Part shown: piece by piece, positions 40,411-55,261 of the stretch
Numbering within the stretch: position 1 is the first letter of the stretch
Layout: each line of letters starts with the position of its first letter
NCBI GenBank assembly: GCA_964016885.1
Contig: OZ024740.1
Coordinates: 427,242,001-427,306,000 of the forward strand
DNA length: 64,000 nucleotides
From: Eledone cirrhosa
Taxonomy: Eukaryota
Direction of reading: 5' to 3'
Made by a program: the position numbers and the translations under genes
Notes under the pieces: model-generated
What the model saw: only the letters and a program-made list of their open reading frames with translations
The model's database searches: none
Told to the model about the DNA's origin: nothing

Positions 40411-41983
40411 CAGGGGTCAGCAACCTTTTGGAGAGAGAGGGCCAAACAGCTATGCAGTGTCATGGAGGAGGGTCATGTTATTAAATATGTAAATACATTT
40501 TCTGGAGGTTTAAAGCAAAACAAGGAATTTAATATAATTTTATTTTAACAAGGCCCCTTATTTTACTGCAGGAATAACAAAAAAAAAAAGAAAAAATCTA
40601 CAAACACATTCAACAAAAAAAAAGCAAATTCCTTATTTTACTGCAGGAATGACAGAAAAACAACTACTATCACAATCAACAACAACAAAAAAAGCAAATT
40701 CCTTGCTACAAACGAAATACAGTTAGAAATGGTAAATGATTTAATGAGACACTTGTTTCTGCTTATTGTGCGACTTCTCCACATCAGGTGAAATATTTGT
40801 CGATGACAGGAGCAAAACATCATCCAGGTGGTCGTCACGCAACCTTGTTCTTAAATGACTTTTAGTATATTTCATTTTGGAAAAAAGTTGTTCAAAGTCA
40901 TATGTACTTCCAAATAATGATATCATCAGTTTCGCATTAGTCAAGATGTTTTTATATTTTCCGCTTGGCAATATATATTTCTTGTAGAAGTCAGCAGTGG
41001 ATTCGAACTGAAATTTCGATTTCAAAGATTCGTCGCACTGAAAGTCAATTAACTCCAACTGATATTCTTCTTAAAAGTTCGGCACCCCAAATCGACTTTT
41101 CTTTTCTTAGCTTACATGGGCTTAGTTTTGTTCAAACAAAAAAGATTTATGGAAATGAAAAAGAACAAAAAGTATAATAATCAGAATGAAGAAATAAGAA
41201 ACAATGAAAACAAATGGAAATGCAAACAGAGTAATGCGATAAAATATGATAATTGTGAATAAATTATATACAACCAGGTTTCTAACGACGTTGTTAGATC
41301 AGGGTTGCTATTTGTTTTTTTAAACCACTTTTGGCCTAATTCTAATAATAATAATTCACACAATTATCACAGATAATTAAATAAACGTTATTATCGAATA
41401 ACTACTGTATAGTTGTTATACCACCAGACAATAAACTCAAATGAAAATACTCTGGGGAGGAGGGAACAAAGTAATTTTTCCAAGGACAACTTTACCTTGT
41501 GCCGAGGGGCACAAGTAAGGTCAGGCAAACGAAGATGACAATAATTCACGAGTGATTTTATTGAATGACAATATGGGTATAAAAGCGAGTCATGCGAACC
41601 GTAAGGTAGTATACCTTCCAGTCGCTGACGAAAAGGTATACTTCCATCCAACATTTGTGTTTGTTGACTGGAACAAAAACACATACATGAAATCACAAGA
41701 AATAATAATACAGGTGATATAATACTTGGCGGAAAGCCCAGAAAAAGATTGATAAGAGGAAATAATAATAAATGGAAAATATATTAAGGTTACAAAGGTA
41801 TCTGTAAATATATACGGTATGAGCAGCGATTTGTGATGTGCATCCAGATGAGCACCTTGAAGTGAACTACTGTATCTGTATTCGATACTAATTAGATAAT
41901 TAGTGTCCAGTGTAAGATGGCGGGCCGGACAAAAATCACTCGAAGGCCGGATGTGGCCCGCGGGCCGGGGGTTGCGGCCCCTG
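40411..41983 (-). mobile_element. hAT (Buster/SPIN-like) DNA transposon, internally deleted
   Basis: Imperfect TIRs CAGGGGTCAGCAACC / GGTTGCGGCCCCTG; perfect 8-bp TSD GTCTAGAG (40403-40410, 41984-41991; central TA as in Buster); transposase C-terminus at 40741..41058 (ELIDFQC, FGSTY..EQLFS.MK..KS..R.RL.D.HL). Confidence 0.92.
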
Positions 41984-42156
41984 GTCTAGAGCGTTGCTCC
42001 TGTGTTTTTATCTATCAAGGAAGAGTGAGAGTGAACCGCACGGCAAATCTTGATGTTATTTGAACTCAGAATCTAAAGGGATATAATTAAATACGGGGAG
42101 GAATTTAATTTGTCCCCTTGTACCTATATTAGAAGCAGTATTAGAAACTTCTGTAA

Positions 42157-42541
42157 GGGCGGTAGATTGGCAATATTGGCAGAACATTAGGAAATGATTT
42201 GCGGCATATAGTTACGTCTCTTACGTTCTGAATTCAAATCCCACCGAGGTTAACTTTGCCTTTCATTCTTACAGAGATCGATAAAATAAAGTTCCAGTAA
42301 CGTACTAGCGACGGGTTTCGATGTACTTTCTCTTCCTCCATAAATCATTGACTTTGTACCTAAATCAGAAAGCATTATTACGCGGTCCTTGCCATTCTGA
42401 GTTCAAAATCCGCCGAGGTTAACTTTGCCTTTCATCCTTACGGGGTCGATAAAATAAAGTACCAGTAATGTACTGGGTTATTGCTGGCCTTGTGCCAAAA
42501 GTAAAATGACTGGTCTTGTGCCTATACTAGAAACCATTATT
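42157..42541 (+). mobile_element. two tandem SINE family A copies
   Basis: Full copy ~42157-42380 followed by a 5'-truncated copy ~42381-42541. Confidence 0.85.
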
Positions 42542-42593
42542 ACTGCTGTTTCTAAACACAAAAACGTGTCGTTATAATTTTTTTGTTTAGATT

Positions 42594-42790
42594 TAATAAC
42601 TGTTTCTACGTTTTGACACAAGGCCAGCAATTATTCCAGTATATTACTGGTACTTTATTTTATCGACCCCGTAAGGATGAAAGGCAAAGTTAACTTCGGC
42701 GGGATTTGAACTCAGTCCGTAAAGGGAAGTAACTCTTTGCTGCAAAGCATGGCGTCCGACCCTCTACCGATACTGCCAATCCACCGCCCT
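42594..42790 (-). mobile_element. SINE family A
   Basis: Full-length reverse complement. Confidence 0.88.
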
Positions 42791-42939
42791 TCTTTAAATT
42801 TGATAACGACTCTCACATTTTCATGTTCAAAGTTAGTCATGGAGTCTTAAGTGTTTAGTAAATATTTACACCATAGCTATGTAAATGTTAGCTGGTTTAA
42901 TGGGAAGAATATTGGAATCTAAAAGAATTGTTAAGTTGA

Positions 42940-43130
42940 TTATAATTGTTTTTACTTTTGGCACAAGGCCAGCAAATCACCAGTACATTACTGGTACTTT
43001 ATTTTATCGACCCCGTAAGGATGAAAGACAAAGTTAACCTCGACGGGATTTGAACTCAGAATGGCAAGGACCGTAACTCTATGCGTCAAAGCATGGCGCC
43101 CGACCCTCTACCGATACTGCCAATTCACCG
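42940..43130 (-). mobile_element. SINE family A
   Basis: Full-length reverse complement. Confidence 0.88.
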
Positions 43131-43417
43131 CATATTAATCAATTACCAATATATCACATTACAATTGTATGACACCGCGCCAACTGCAGATTGGTACAAG
43201 ATTATTCATTGTTGTCACCAAGATATCATAATTTCTTCGTTAATGAATAAATATAATTAAATAATTCTTAGCAGGGTTAATGTAAAAGGTATTGAAACAT
43301 CTTATTAGAAATACTTTTGGAGTAAAGAAAAAGCAATATTGGTCAATGTCTATGACAGCTGACGATCTACATCACACACTCCACCTCAATTTATTATATT
43401 ACTATTTAACACTCATG

Positions 43418-43750
43418 TGATGGCATATGGCTTAGTGGTTAAAGTGTTGGGTTTGAAATCGTGAGGTTGTGAGTTCGATTCTCAGATCGAGTGATGCGTT
43501 GTGTCCTTGAGGAAAACACATTTATTACATTCAGCTGAAGAAATGAGTTGTGACGTCAATGATGCCACGCTGTATCAGACATTGTCTCTCACTTGGACAA
43601 CATCGGTGGCTCGGAGAAGGGAAACTGGTATGTTTGGGTTACTGCTGGTGTTCCACAAACAACCTTGCCCGGATTTGTGTGTCGGAGGAGAGTTTTCTAG
43701 GTGCAATACCCATAGTCGTTCGTGACCGAAACGGGTTCTTAACCCTTTAT
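43418..43750 (+). mobile_element. tRNA-derived SINE (family B-related head, different tail)
   Basis: TGGCTTAGTGGTTAA / GTTCGATTC boxes, GTGTCCTTGAG core; body repeated at ~56610-56850. Confidence 0.75.
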
Positions 43751-44228
43751 TCAAAACACTAAAGTGTGTAGCTGTTGATGGTACGATCAAAACCGTGGAT
43801 CAAGATTATATAATTCTCTATATATCTAGTATAAATTAACATTTATAACAATAACATAATTGTACGTGTAGATGTGTGTGTTTCTATCGACATTTACATG
43901 TTTACGTGTGTTTACGTGCTTGGAGATCATCTCCTCACGCGAAATATATTCTTATTTGTAGATTATCACTAGGCAGACATCTTAAAAACAAATTTCTTCA
44001 ACAGAGTTGTGTTTGTGTACTCTACTCATTATAATTATATCAATCTTTTTTGACATTCAAGCAATTAATGTAATTGGGAAGATGTGAAAATGAAATTATC
44101 TTATCTTTACTTATGAGCACATTATACAAACACATCTGAGTGTCTGTATTCATATATATATATATGTATATATTATATATACACATATATATAGAAATAT
44201 ATATAGACACACACACACACACACACAC

Positions 44229-44331
<103 letters not shown>

Positions 44332-44777
44332 AATGCACATTTGATATTTATAAGCTTGTGCGGTGGATGTGTGTTTTGATGCGTTAATATTTAAGATGAC
44401 ACGAATAAATGTAAGTATATTATATCTGAAATATCTGTGTGGATCTACGGCAGTCAATCGTGTGTGTGCTGTATTCACACAGACCACACACATAGAAACA
44501 CGCATACAGACACAGTTTCACAGATACACATAAACACTCACATTACGACATTCACATACACGCACACATACACACACACATATAGAGGCACGCATACAGA
44601 CATACACAGACACACAGTTTCACAAATACACATAAACACGCACATGACGACATTCACCTGCACGTACACATACACACAAAGACATATATATATATATATA
44701 TATCGTATATATATATATATATATATATACATACACACACACACAAACCCACATACACCCACACACGAACACACACG

Positions 44778-44811
<34 letters not shown>

Positions 44812-45182
44812 AGTAATCTTGAAGACGGATATATTAATGTATAAGACAAACAAACAACGGCATTTAACTTACTCTTCAGCCAATTCCTGAAATACAATTT
44901 CATGCATAAAAATGGAATTGCTTAATAAATAGTCGGCAAAGGTTTGCATGTCCGACCCCTGTGGAATATATATGTGAGACAATATCACTGCAGAGAAACA
45001 AGCCAACCATTGTTAGTGTCTTTCAAGTGAAAAATCAGATGTAAATATGCAAAAGTCACACGACTGGAATATGGAAACCTATAAAGAGCATAAACTGGAG
45101 AAAAGTAGAACGCTGGAAAGAAAGAGAATAATTAGACTTTCATTAAAAGGATATAAATATATGTGGAGAGAAGATGATAGAA

Positions 45183-45531
45183 GGTCTTCGATCTATTGAT
45201 ACTAACATAGTTGGAGAGTAGATATTAGATGGTCTTCGATCTATCTATACTAACATAGGTGGAGAGTAGATATTAGGTCTTCGATCTATCGATACTAACG
45301 TAGTTGGAGAACAGTTAATAGAAGGTCTTCGATCTATCGATACTAACATAGTTGGAGAACAGATAATAGAAGGTCTTCGATATATCGATACTAACGTAGT
45401 TGGAGAACATGTATTATGTCTTCGATCTATTGATACTAACATAAGTGACAGGCAGATAATAGGTCTTCGATCTATCGATACTAACATAGGTAGAAGAATG
45501 ATAATATAAGGTCTTCGATCTATCGATACTA
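45183..45531 (+). repeat. 45/48-bp minisatellite, 8 units
   Basis: Conserved GGTCTTCGATCTATCGATACTAAC followed by a related but variable 21-24 bp segment. Confidence 0.9.
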
Positions 45532-45766
45532 ACGAATGAAAGAAAGATAGATAGAGCTTATTAAGTAGATAGAGACAGGAAGTGGGAATTGGGAAGTAGA
45601 GGGATTGAAAATTGCAGAAACAAGGAAAGGCGTGAAGTGAGAGAGAGAAAGAGGAAGAAGAAAGATGAGAATTAAGGGTGAGTTATTGATCTAACAAGTA
45701 AAAGAGATGATAAAAAAGGATCTTGTAGCGTTACATATAAATATCAGCAACATTGTAACTGGAAAT

Positions 45767-45838
<72 letters not shown>

Positions 45839-47260
45839 TATACATATATATATATATATATATATAAGATGAATGCACAAAAGCATTTATATTCCTCTTC
45901 AGCCAGCTGTGAGGATGCAAGTTCTTGCATAAGTGTAGGGTTGTAAAATAACAATAGGTTGCACAAAAGATTGGAAGACCGACGAGAGCATATAACGTCA
46001 TAGAAACAGAAAGAAACATTATTGATGTTTTTCCACTGAAACCAGAAATAACAAAATCCTTGCGACGGAAATTAGACAAGAAGTCGAGACTGTACATTGT
46101 GCAAAAGAGCAACACGCAGATTAGAATACAAACATTCTCCATAACTCCACACAAACTCATAAATCTGAATAATCCCAAACTCCTAATTGTATAGACCCTG
46201 TTGTACATCTTTATGAACATAGATGTCATTTTCTTTCCCCACTGCCTTCCGTCATTAACTCCCTCTCATCAATATCTACTGCTATATAGCTCAGCACTCT
46301 TACACCACTTTACAGGTAACTTGCAAACTTCTACACACAGAGATAACATACCTCTCCGTTCTCTCTCCCCTTTTCCCCACTCCCTATATACACGTTCACC
46401 GCTCCCTTTCCAAATAACTCTTTCTCCCCAAATGTTCTTACCAAAATCCAATCCTCACTCTTTTTTCTACTCTTACTGCCACCTTCTTTGTTTGTTCATT
46501 TCTTATCCTAACGATCAAATGTCTGTTCATCGGAATGTACCCATTTAAACCACATCTACTCACCAACACAGCATGCTTCCAACACATTTTTAATTTTCAA
46601 TTTATTTTCTTCGAATTTAATAAATGGTTTAACCTGAAACGGTTGATCCTATTTACAGAGAGATTTTTCTTTGAACACCCAAGATTTATATTATATGCAT
46701 TTTATGAACCACCACGAAACTACATTTTTCATCTCTTTTCAAATGTGTTCTCCGTTTTATACCTTCATGTCGTTTTGAACTCGCTCTTTTTCTCCCCCTC
46801 CCCCTCTCTCTCTCTCTCTCTGTATATATATATAAAGAGAGAGAGAGAGAGGGGGGAATATTTGAAAGGTGTATCTCAGTTACGAAAATATAAACGTCCT
46901 GCTTCAAATAATATATTCATGTTGAATTGTCAGTATTCATTTCCCTGAAATAGTTTACTGACTGAGTCATCTGCCCAACAACCACGAGTATTACTGTTAG
47001 TATACACACAAATACACACACATATATATATATATGCTCTTTTACTATTTTAATATATATGTATATGTCTGTGTGTGTATGAATATACATGTATATATGC
47101 ATACATATACATATGTATTTGTATATATAAACATATAAATATAAACACAAAATATTTATATATATATGTGTATGTATATATGTATATAAGTATCTATGTA
47201 TATATACATGAATGAATATATGTATATATATATGTATGTATATATGTATGTATTATATTA

Positions 47261-47760
47261 TATCAGAGTTTTCCTTCTCCTAGAATTCTGCCTTGACAAA
47301 GGCTAAGGGGTCATCTCTCCCGGTGATTTTGGATGGCCATTGACTCTTAAAAGCTCCTTTGCCCTTTGACAGGTTTTGTTTTTAGTCCGACAGGATGTCC
47401 AAAGCCACCCTCCTCACCAAGAAACCTGATGGTATCCAATAATGTTGACTTGTTCTTCTTTTTGGTAAATATCATTGGTTAAGAGAGTGGGACTGTCTTT
47501 GTGCAGTGCCTTTGCTCACTATAAAAGCTTCACGGCACAGGCATTGCTTTATATCTGGAGATCTCTCTGCACTTGTCGTCACATGGCACCATGGGCCCAG
47601 CACTATGTGTCAATAATTGTCATAAGTGCAGTGTTTGTACCAGAGTTTTCAAGTCGCTGGCTGGACTAAAAAGTCACACTCGTTCAGCGCATCGGTAGAG
47701 GTTCTCCTACATGGATATAAAGTAGTGGCCGTACTCGAAAACGAGTTGGCATCCACCATG
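47261..47760 (-). mobile_element. non-coding interspersed element family C (longest copy)
   Basis: Reverse complement of 32283-32617 plus ~165 bp more, ending ..TCTAGGAGAAGGAAAACTCTGA; embedded in (TATG)n. Confidence 0.8.
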
Positions 47761-49075
47761 TATTATGTATATATGTATTTATGTATATATGTATGTATAT
47801 ATACATGTGTATACATATGTATTTGTATATATATATATATACATATAAATATATACATATGTATTTGTATATATATATATATATCAATATAAATATACGC
47901 ACACACAATATATATATGTGTATGTGTATGTATATATATATATATATGTATATGAGTATCTATGTATATATATATATATGAATGAATGTATGTATATATT
48001 TATATATGTATGTATGTATATATGAATGTATTATATATATATGTATGTATATATGTATATATGTATATATGTATATATGTATGTATTATGTATGTATGTA
48101 TATATATGTATGTATTATGTATGTACGTATGTATATATGTATGTACGTATGTATGTATATATGTATGTACGTATGAATGTATATGTGTATGTAAGTATGT
48201 ATCTACGTATGTATGTATATATATATATATGTATGTATATATATCTATGTATGTATATAGGAATAGAATGCGATCTCTCTCTCAAATAAACATGTCAACA
48301 TAACATCAAAACAACACGTTTACTTTAGTTGCTATATGATAGCTCTATAATTGTTGTTTAATCATACTCAAATATTTCTGTCTGATTCTTTATTCATATG
48401 AACTCTCCCACCTTCACCTCTCTCTCTCTCTCCCACCTTCATCTCTCTCTCTCTCTCGCTCTTTTTCTCATTCACTCTCTCTCTCTCTCTCTCTCTTTCC
48501 CTAGGCGATATATTTCCACACCTATACATGTGCATATATTCACATTTGCACACACACAATCACATTTACAGACGACCACACATCATTTGTAATAACAGAG
48601 GCGATATTATCTGATCACCGAAGTGCTTTTTTTTATTTTCATATTGAAGAAAATGGGAAAATATAACAATGAAAATATTTATCAGTCGATAATGTCATTC
48701 GAAGCATCTCCGTTGTTTAACAATGATAGCGAAAATAAAACCTCTTCATGTGACCGCCATTATGCCTGCTAGAGTCGTAAAATTTTATCACGTAAATCAG
48801 GTAGAGTATAGGTATAAAACTCCACCCAGCACTGTGTTTTTTTAACTTTACCTTTGAAAGTATCATTGACAACGAATGCCTTTGTAATACCAACTCATTA
48901 CACTCTGCTCCTCTTTTAACGAACAGAAGAACATTTGATCGATGCCTTTAACTATCGTGTCATTTAAACCACCAAAATCAACATCGTGCTCTTAACAAAT
49001 ACTTGTTGATGAGTATCACTGCTTATTGAATGTCTCTTAAACCTTGATATTATTTCTTTAATGTAGTGAATGTAA

Positions 49076-49240
49076 GGGCGGTGAATTGGCAGTATCGGTA
49101 GAGGGCTGGACGCCATGCTGTCTAGCATAGTTACGTCCCTTTACAGTCTGAGTTCAAATCCCGCCGAGGTCAACTTTGCTTTTCATCCTTACGGGGTCGA
49201 TAAAATAATTGCTGACCTTGTGTCTAAAGTAGAAACAATT
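49076..49240 (+). mobile_element. SINE family A with 19-bp TSD
   Basis: ATTATTTCTTTAATGTAGT at 49049-49067 and 49238-49256. Confidence 0.92.
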
Positions 49241-50435
49241 ATTTCTTTAATGTAGTTCATACGCTGCGTTTATAGCGCGAAGAGAATGACTGTTAAAGAT
49301 CCCAGTTTTATTATTGGAAACATACCTAGAGGATATTACAAATATTCCAGAAGGCAAAGCTGAATTTTTCTTATATGAATATTTCTTTTGGGTTTAGAAA
49401 CGAAATGAAAATATTTCGAAAATCCTTCGTGACTTATGAGAGAAAAGTGAAATGACTTTGGAACTGGTGATCCCTTTCAGAAGTCATAGAAGAGAGTCGA
49501 CTCTACTCAAAAACCCAAGTGTCATGTGATGATGTTAAACATGGTGATGAATTAAATGATGTGTAAATACACATAGAGTTCTGAAAGTATTCCTTAGTTT
49601 CAGTTAACCCGAGATTTGATGTTAGAGTAAAAGAGAATTTCCCCGGCTTGAACTGACTATGTTACATTTTGGGTATCTTTTACCTTCGCCTCGATTCCCT
49701 TCATTCCTTACGTGGGAAATTGGGTTAAAAAACACGCGGAAGCTCCTTCCCTGGATTGATTGTACCTGTAGTTCAAGTATCCATATGTGTCACATAATGT
49801 GCCACGTTGATTGGTTTTGAGATTTGACGCTAAAGGGCATTCCTAGTTTGAGGAATATTCACTCCCAATCACGTTAATGTACCGAATAGGTTGTTCAGCT
49901 GATTATACAAGTTAATTCTCATTGTTGAAACTGATGGAGGATCCGGCATGACGAAACACTTGCACAAGATGTCGTGGTGTGGGATGGAACAAGGTAATGC
50001 GTTTTCTTTTTTTATTTGTCTGGTCTAGAAATGGAGGGATTGGTGATAGTCTTCGCAGGCCCTATGTTCCCCTTAAAACCAAGGATTGTAGGAAAACCAA
50101 GAAGGGAGGAAATTTCAAAGGGCCATTTTTCTACATCATTGCGAAATCAAATCGATAAAATCTTCTGCACAGAAATCCATCCAGTATAAGCGTTATATTT
50201 GGGGATTAAGTCCCACCTAAGGTCACTTTGCTTTCACCCACATGCTGTCCGTAATATACTCTATTATAGAATGAATATAATCGATTGCTACCTTCCGCAT
50301 AAAATGTAGGTTAATTTTTAAAATCCTTCTTATCGCCCAATGCAGTCCCTAAGTCTAATTGAATCAATGAATTGGTTAGTACTATAATGTTAGTAATTAT
50401 TTTCTGCACCCTTAGTCATGTTTTATTTCATTTCT

Positions 50436-52780
50436 ACTACTGTACCTAACACCCGCTTTTAGTGCTGAACCTAACACCCACATCTAGTGCTGTACCTAAC
50501 ACCCACATTTAGTGCTGTACCTAACACCCACATCTAGTACTGTACCTAACACCCACATCTAGTACTGTACCTAACACCCACATCTAGTGCTGTACCTAAC
50601 ACCCACATCTAGTACTGTACCTAACACCCACATCTAGTGCTGTACCTAACACCCACATCTAGTACTGTACCTAACACCCACATCTAGTACTGTACCTAAC
50701 ACCCACATCTAGTACTGTACCTAACACCCACATCTAGCGCTGTACCTAACACCCACATCTAGTACTGTACCTCACACCCACATCTAGCGCTGTACCTAAC
50801 ACCCATATCTAGTACTGTACCTAACACCCACATCTAGTACTGTACCTAACACCCACATCTAGTACTGTACCTAACACCCACATCTAGTACTCTAACTAAC
50901 ACCCACATCTAGTACTGTACCTAACACCCACATCTAGTACTCTAACTAACACCCACATCTAGTACTGTACCTAACACCCACATCTAGTACTGTACCTAAC
51001 ACCCACATCTAGTGCTGTACCTAACACCCACATCTAGTACTCTACCTAACACCCACATCTAGTACTGTACCTAACACCCACATCTAGTACTGTACCTAAC
51101 ACCCACATCTAGTGCTGTACCTAACACCCACATCTAATACTCTACCTAACACCCACATCTAGTACTGTACCTAACACCCACATCTAGTACTGTACCAAAC
51201 ACCCACATCTAGTACTCTAACTAACACCCACATCTAGTACTCTACCTAACACCCACATCTAGTACTCTAACTAACACCCACATCTGGTACTGTACCTAAC
51301 ACCCACATCTAGTACTGTACCTAACACCCACATCTGGTACTGTACCTAACACCCACATCTAGTACTGTACCTAACACCCACATCTAGTACGGTACCTAAC
51401 ACCCACATCTAGTACTGTACCTAACACCCACATCTAGTACTGTACCTAACACCCACATCTAGTACTGTACCTAACACCCACATCTAGTACTGTACCTAAC
51501 ACCCACATCTAGTACTGTACCTAACACCCACATCTAGTACTGTACCTAACACCCACATCTAGTACTGTACCTAACACCCACATCTAGTACTGTACCTAAC
51601 ACCCACATCTAGTACTGTACCTAACACCCACATCTAGTACTGTACCTAACACCCACATCTAGTACTGTACCTAACACCCACATCTAGTACTGTACCTAAC
51701 ACCCACATCTAGTACTGTACCTAACACCCACATCTAGTACTGTACCTAACACCCACATCTAGTACTGTACCTAACACCCACATCTAGTACTGTACCTAAC
51801 ACCCACATCTAGTACTGTACCTAACACCCACATCTAGTACTGTACCTAACACCCACATCTAGTACTGTACCTAACACCCACATCTAGTACTGTACCTAAC
51901 ACCCACATCTAGTACTGTACCTAATACCCACATCTAGTACTGTACCTAACACCCACATCTAGTACTGTACCTAACACCCACATCTAGTACTCTACCTAAC
52001 ACCCACATCTAGTACTCTACCTAACACCCACATCTAGTACTCTAACTAACACCCACATCTAGTGCTCTACCTAACACCCACATCTAGTACTGTACCTAAC
52101 ACCCACATCTAGTACTCTACCTAACACCCACATCTAGTACTCTAACTAACACCCACATCTAGTGCTCTACCTAACACCCACATCTAGTGCTGTACCTAAC
52201 ACCCACATCTAGTGCTGTACCTAACACCCACATCTAGTACTGTACCTAATACCCACATCTAGTACTCTAACTAACACCCACATCTAGTACTCTAACTAAC
52301 ACCCACATCTAGTGCTCTACCTAACACCCACATCTAGTACTGTACCTAACACCCACATCTAGTACTCTAACTAACACCCACATCTAGTACTCTAACTAAC
52401 ACCCACATCTAGTGCTCTACCTAACACCCACATCTAGTACTCTAACTAACACCCACATCTAGTGCTGTACCTAACACCCACATCTAGTGCTGTACCTAAC
52501 ACCCACATCTAGTGCTCTACCTAACACCCACATCTAGTGCTGTACCTAACACCCACATCTAGTGCTCTACCTAACACCCACATCTAGTACTCTAACTAAC
52601 ACCCACATCTAGTGCTGTACCTAACACCCACATCTAGTACTGTACCTAACACCCACATCTAGTACTCTACCTAACACCCACATCTAGTACTCTAACTAAC
52701 ACCCACATCTAGTGCTCTACCTAACACCCACATCTAGTACTCTAACTAACACCCACATCTAGTACTCTAACTAACATCTT
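50436..52780 (+). repeat. 25-bp minisatellite array (~94 units)
   Basis: Unit AGTACTGTACCTAACACCCACATCT with variants agtGct, ctCtac, ctCtaA. Confidence 0.97.
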
Positions 52781-53850
52781 CATTTAGTGCCATTTGGTTT
52801 CTGTAATAAAATATTCATGCACTGAATGCATAATATATAATCGATTATAACATAGATCAGAAAAGTCTGGAAAGACATTAGACGATGAAATTAAATCCTG
52901 TACGTGACTGGTACTTTATTTCATCGACCCCGGAAGGATGAAATACAAAGTTGACCATCATGTGAAATCGAATTCCGCAAATAAAGTCCCTGAACAAATA
53001 TTACAATGTATTTTATCCGATATTAACGTTTCTGCCATTCCACCACCTTTCTATAACATTGTTCTACTTGTCACAAAGTGTGATCCAGTGTTACGCTGAA
53101 CTCTAATGTCAAACCCTATAAATGTATTTATATAGAAAGAACATTTATGAAACGGGAAATCCCCACGGGTGTCACTAGATGTTATAATGATCATATATTA
53201 CTTATATTAATCTACTAATAATTTGTGCATGTATATTTCCTTTCGTTACGCTGCTTATAAAATGCATCTGCGCATTCGCGTGAGCAGGTCTTAGTTTAAA
53301 CAGCTCTTTTGGATTAATTTGGCGAGCGGAGAAAATAGACATCAACCACTAAGTGGGGCTGATTGAAGGGTTTATTCATTTCTTGCATTTTTCTTATATT
53401 AAAATCTGTTATTTGTACTACTAGACCGTGGAGATCTAGAGCCTAATAGCTCTACAGAAAATGTCACGTCATATTTACGTGAATTTCTTTAAATTCCGCT
53501 TTAAAACCCTGTCCTGTTCTAACTGAATTTTCTTCTTCCCGAAATCGATGAAATCATTACCTGTCAAATCTTGGAGTTGATGTATGCGACACACTTGTCC
53601 AATATGTATGATAAACCTTGTACATATGTTAGATATCTAAATCTATTCTTTAACCATGTTTCCAGTTAACATCATTTGGTCCAGCATTTGTCTCTCAAAT
53701 TATAAGAAACGATAACCAAATTTTCTCTCGAAACACTCTCTACTATGTTAGAAAAAAAAAAGCAGATTGGATAATGTACTCCTAGATGCAATGTATTTGG
53801 TGAAATGGTAGCATGATAACGACTAGACTTCGTTTATTATATATCTCCTG

Positions 53851-54054
53851 AGGGCGGCGGTAGGGAGTCGGACGCCATGCTTTGCAGCATAGAGTTACAG
53901 TTCTTTACGATCTGAGTTCAAATCCCGCCGAGGTTAACTTTGCCTTTCATCCTTACGGGGTCGATAAAATAAAGCACCAATAACGTACTGGGGTAGATTT
54001 AATCGACTTCTCCTCCCCCAAAATTACTGGCCTTGTGCCTATAATATAAATCAT
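53851..54054 (+). mobile_element. SINE family A with 15-bp TSD (1 mismatch)
   Basis: ATTATATATCTCCTG at 53836-53850 vs ATTATATAGCTCCTG at 54053-54067. Confidence 0.88.
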
Positions 54055-55008
54055 TATATAGCTCCTGGATTAGAATCAAACGACGGCTTAGCAACAGTAA
54101 TAGCAACATTCGTAATTGTTACATTATCACATCATTAAAAATGAAATCAAATTTCTAGAAGTCTGTGTTTAATTTAATTATTAACAACTGCTAATTCTCG
54201 TCGAGATATATTTAGTGCAATTGAGAGGGTTAAATCGTCATAAGCAACTAAGAGCAAACTAACTAGCAACCTTTGACAAATAGCAACCAAATTTCAAGTC
54301 ACAAGTTTGACCAATTACTGCTGACCTGGAGCTATAAAGCTACAGCAGCAATATTTCGTAGGGAGGTGTATTTAGTTGTTGGAGCTATTCGAAATAGTGG
54401 GGACATCTCTCACAAATCCTACTCAGCACATGTTAAATAACCAAAGAATTCATTGAATAATCTTAGGTGATGCTAAAATATTGGATGTTCTTGAATTAAA
54501 TTCTTTTCATCATTTTTCTTATCGATCAAGATTGAGCTTGTGCTAAACAACGAGATGTACTAAGAATCTTGTCAATAACATCTGTAAAAGTTCTCCCATA
54601 ATTTGCTCTGAGTTTTATACAGATCAACAGAAGGGATGGTCACGGATGGAAGGACTTTGATCATTTGTCTGATCGATCAGTGAGAAGTTGAATGTAAACA
54701 ATAAAAACAAACCGGGAAGCTTGTCAATAACATCTGTAAATTCTTCGTTTATTTTTATACACATTAAAACATTAGTTTTCTAGTTTTTAATATCGATTTG
54801 TGTTGTTTTTATTTTTTATTCTACTTCGCAAAAATGGCGAAAACAAGTTGTTGGCAGTAAGAGGAATGGTTTTAACCGTTTCATTCAACCAATCATTGAG
54901 GAATAAGATGGAGAAAAACAAAATGCTTAACAAACAAAACCATATCAGTAGTAAAATCTCATCAGTAAATGATGAAACCTAATTGATTGTATTTATACTT
55001 TTAATCTA

Positions 55009-55039
<31 letters not shown>

Positions 55040-55261
55040 TCGTTTCTGAATTTGTTTAGCAAGATTATTTATCTGAAATCGTGTGTTGAAACCGATATTG
55101 TTATACTTTGGGAGGGTCATGTTGCCAATAAGAAACACATGCACCAGTTGCTTTCACTTCAATTTATTATATATTTATAAATTTATAAATTTACAAATTT
55201 ACAAACTTATAAATTTCTGGTTGGTTGGTTGGTTCCACAACCAGATAGTTGTTTATATATA

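Noticed and set aside
45183-45531. CRISPR-like repeat-spacer appearance
   Set aside because: The linkers are homologous to each other, there are no cas genes, and the context is eukaryotic; it is a minisatellite.
45870-46229. Non-repetitive ORF-like stretch
   Set aside because: No recognisable motifs on either strand.
50436-52780. CRISPR, telomeric or coding repeat
   Set aside because: No spacers, not TTAGGG-type, and the 25-bp period puts stops in all frames.
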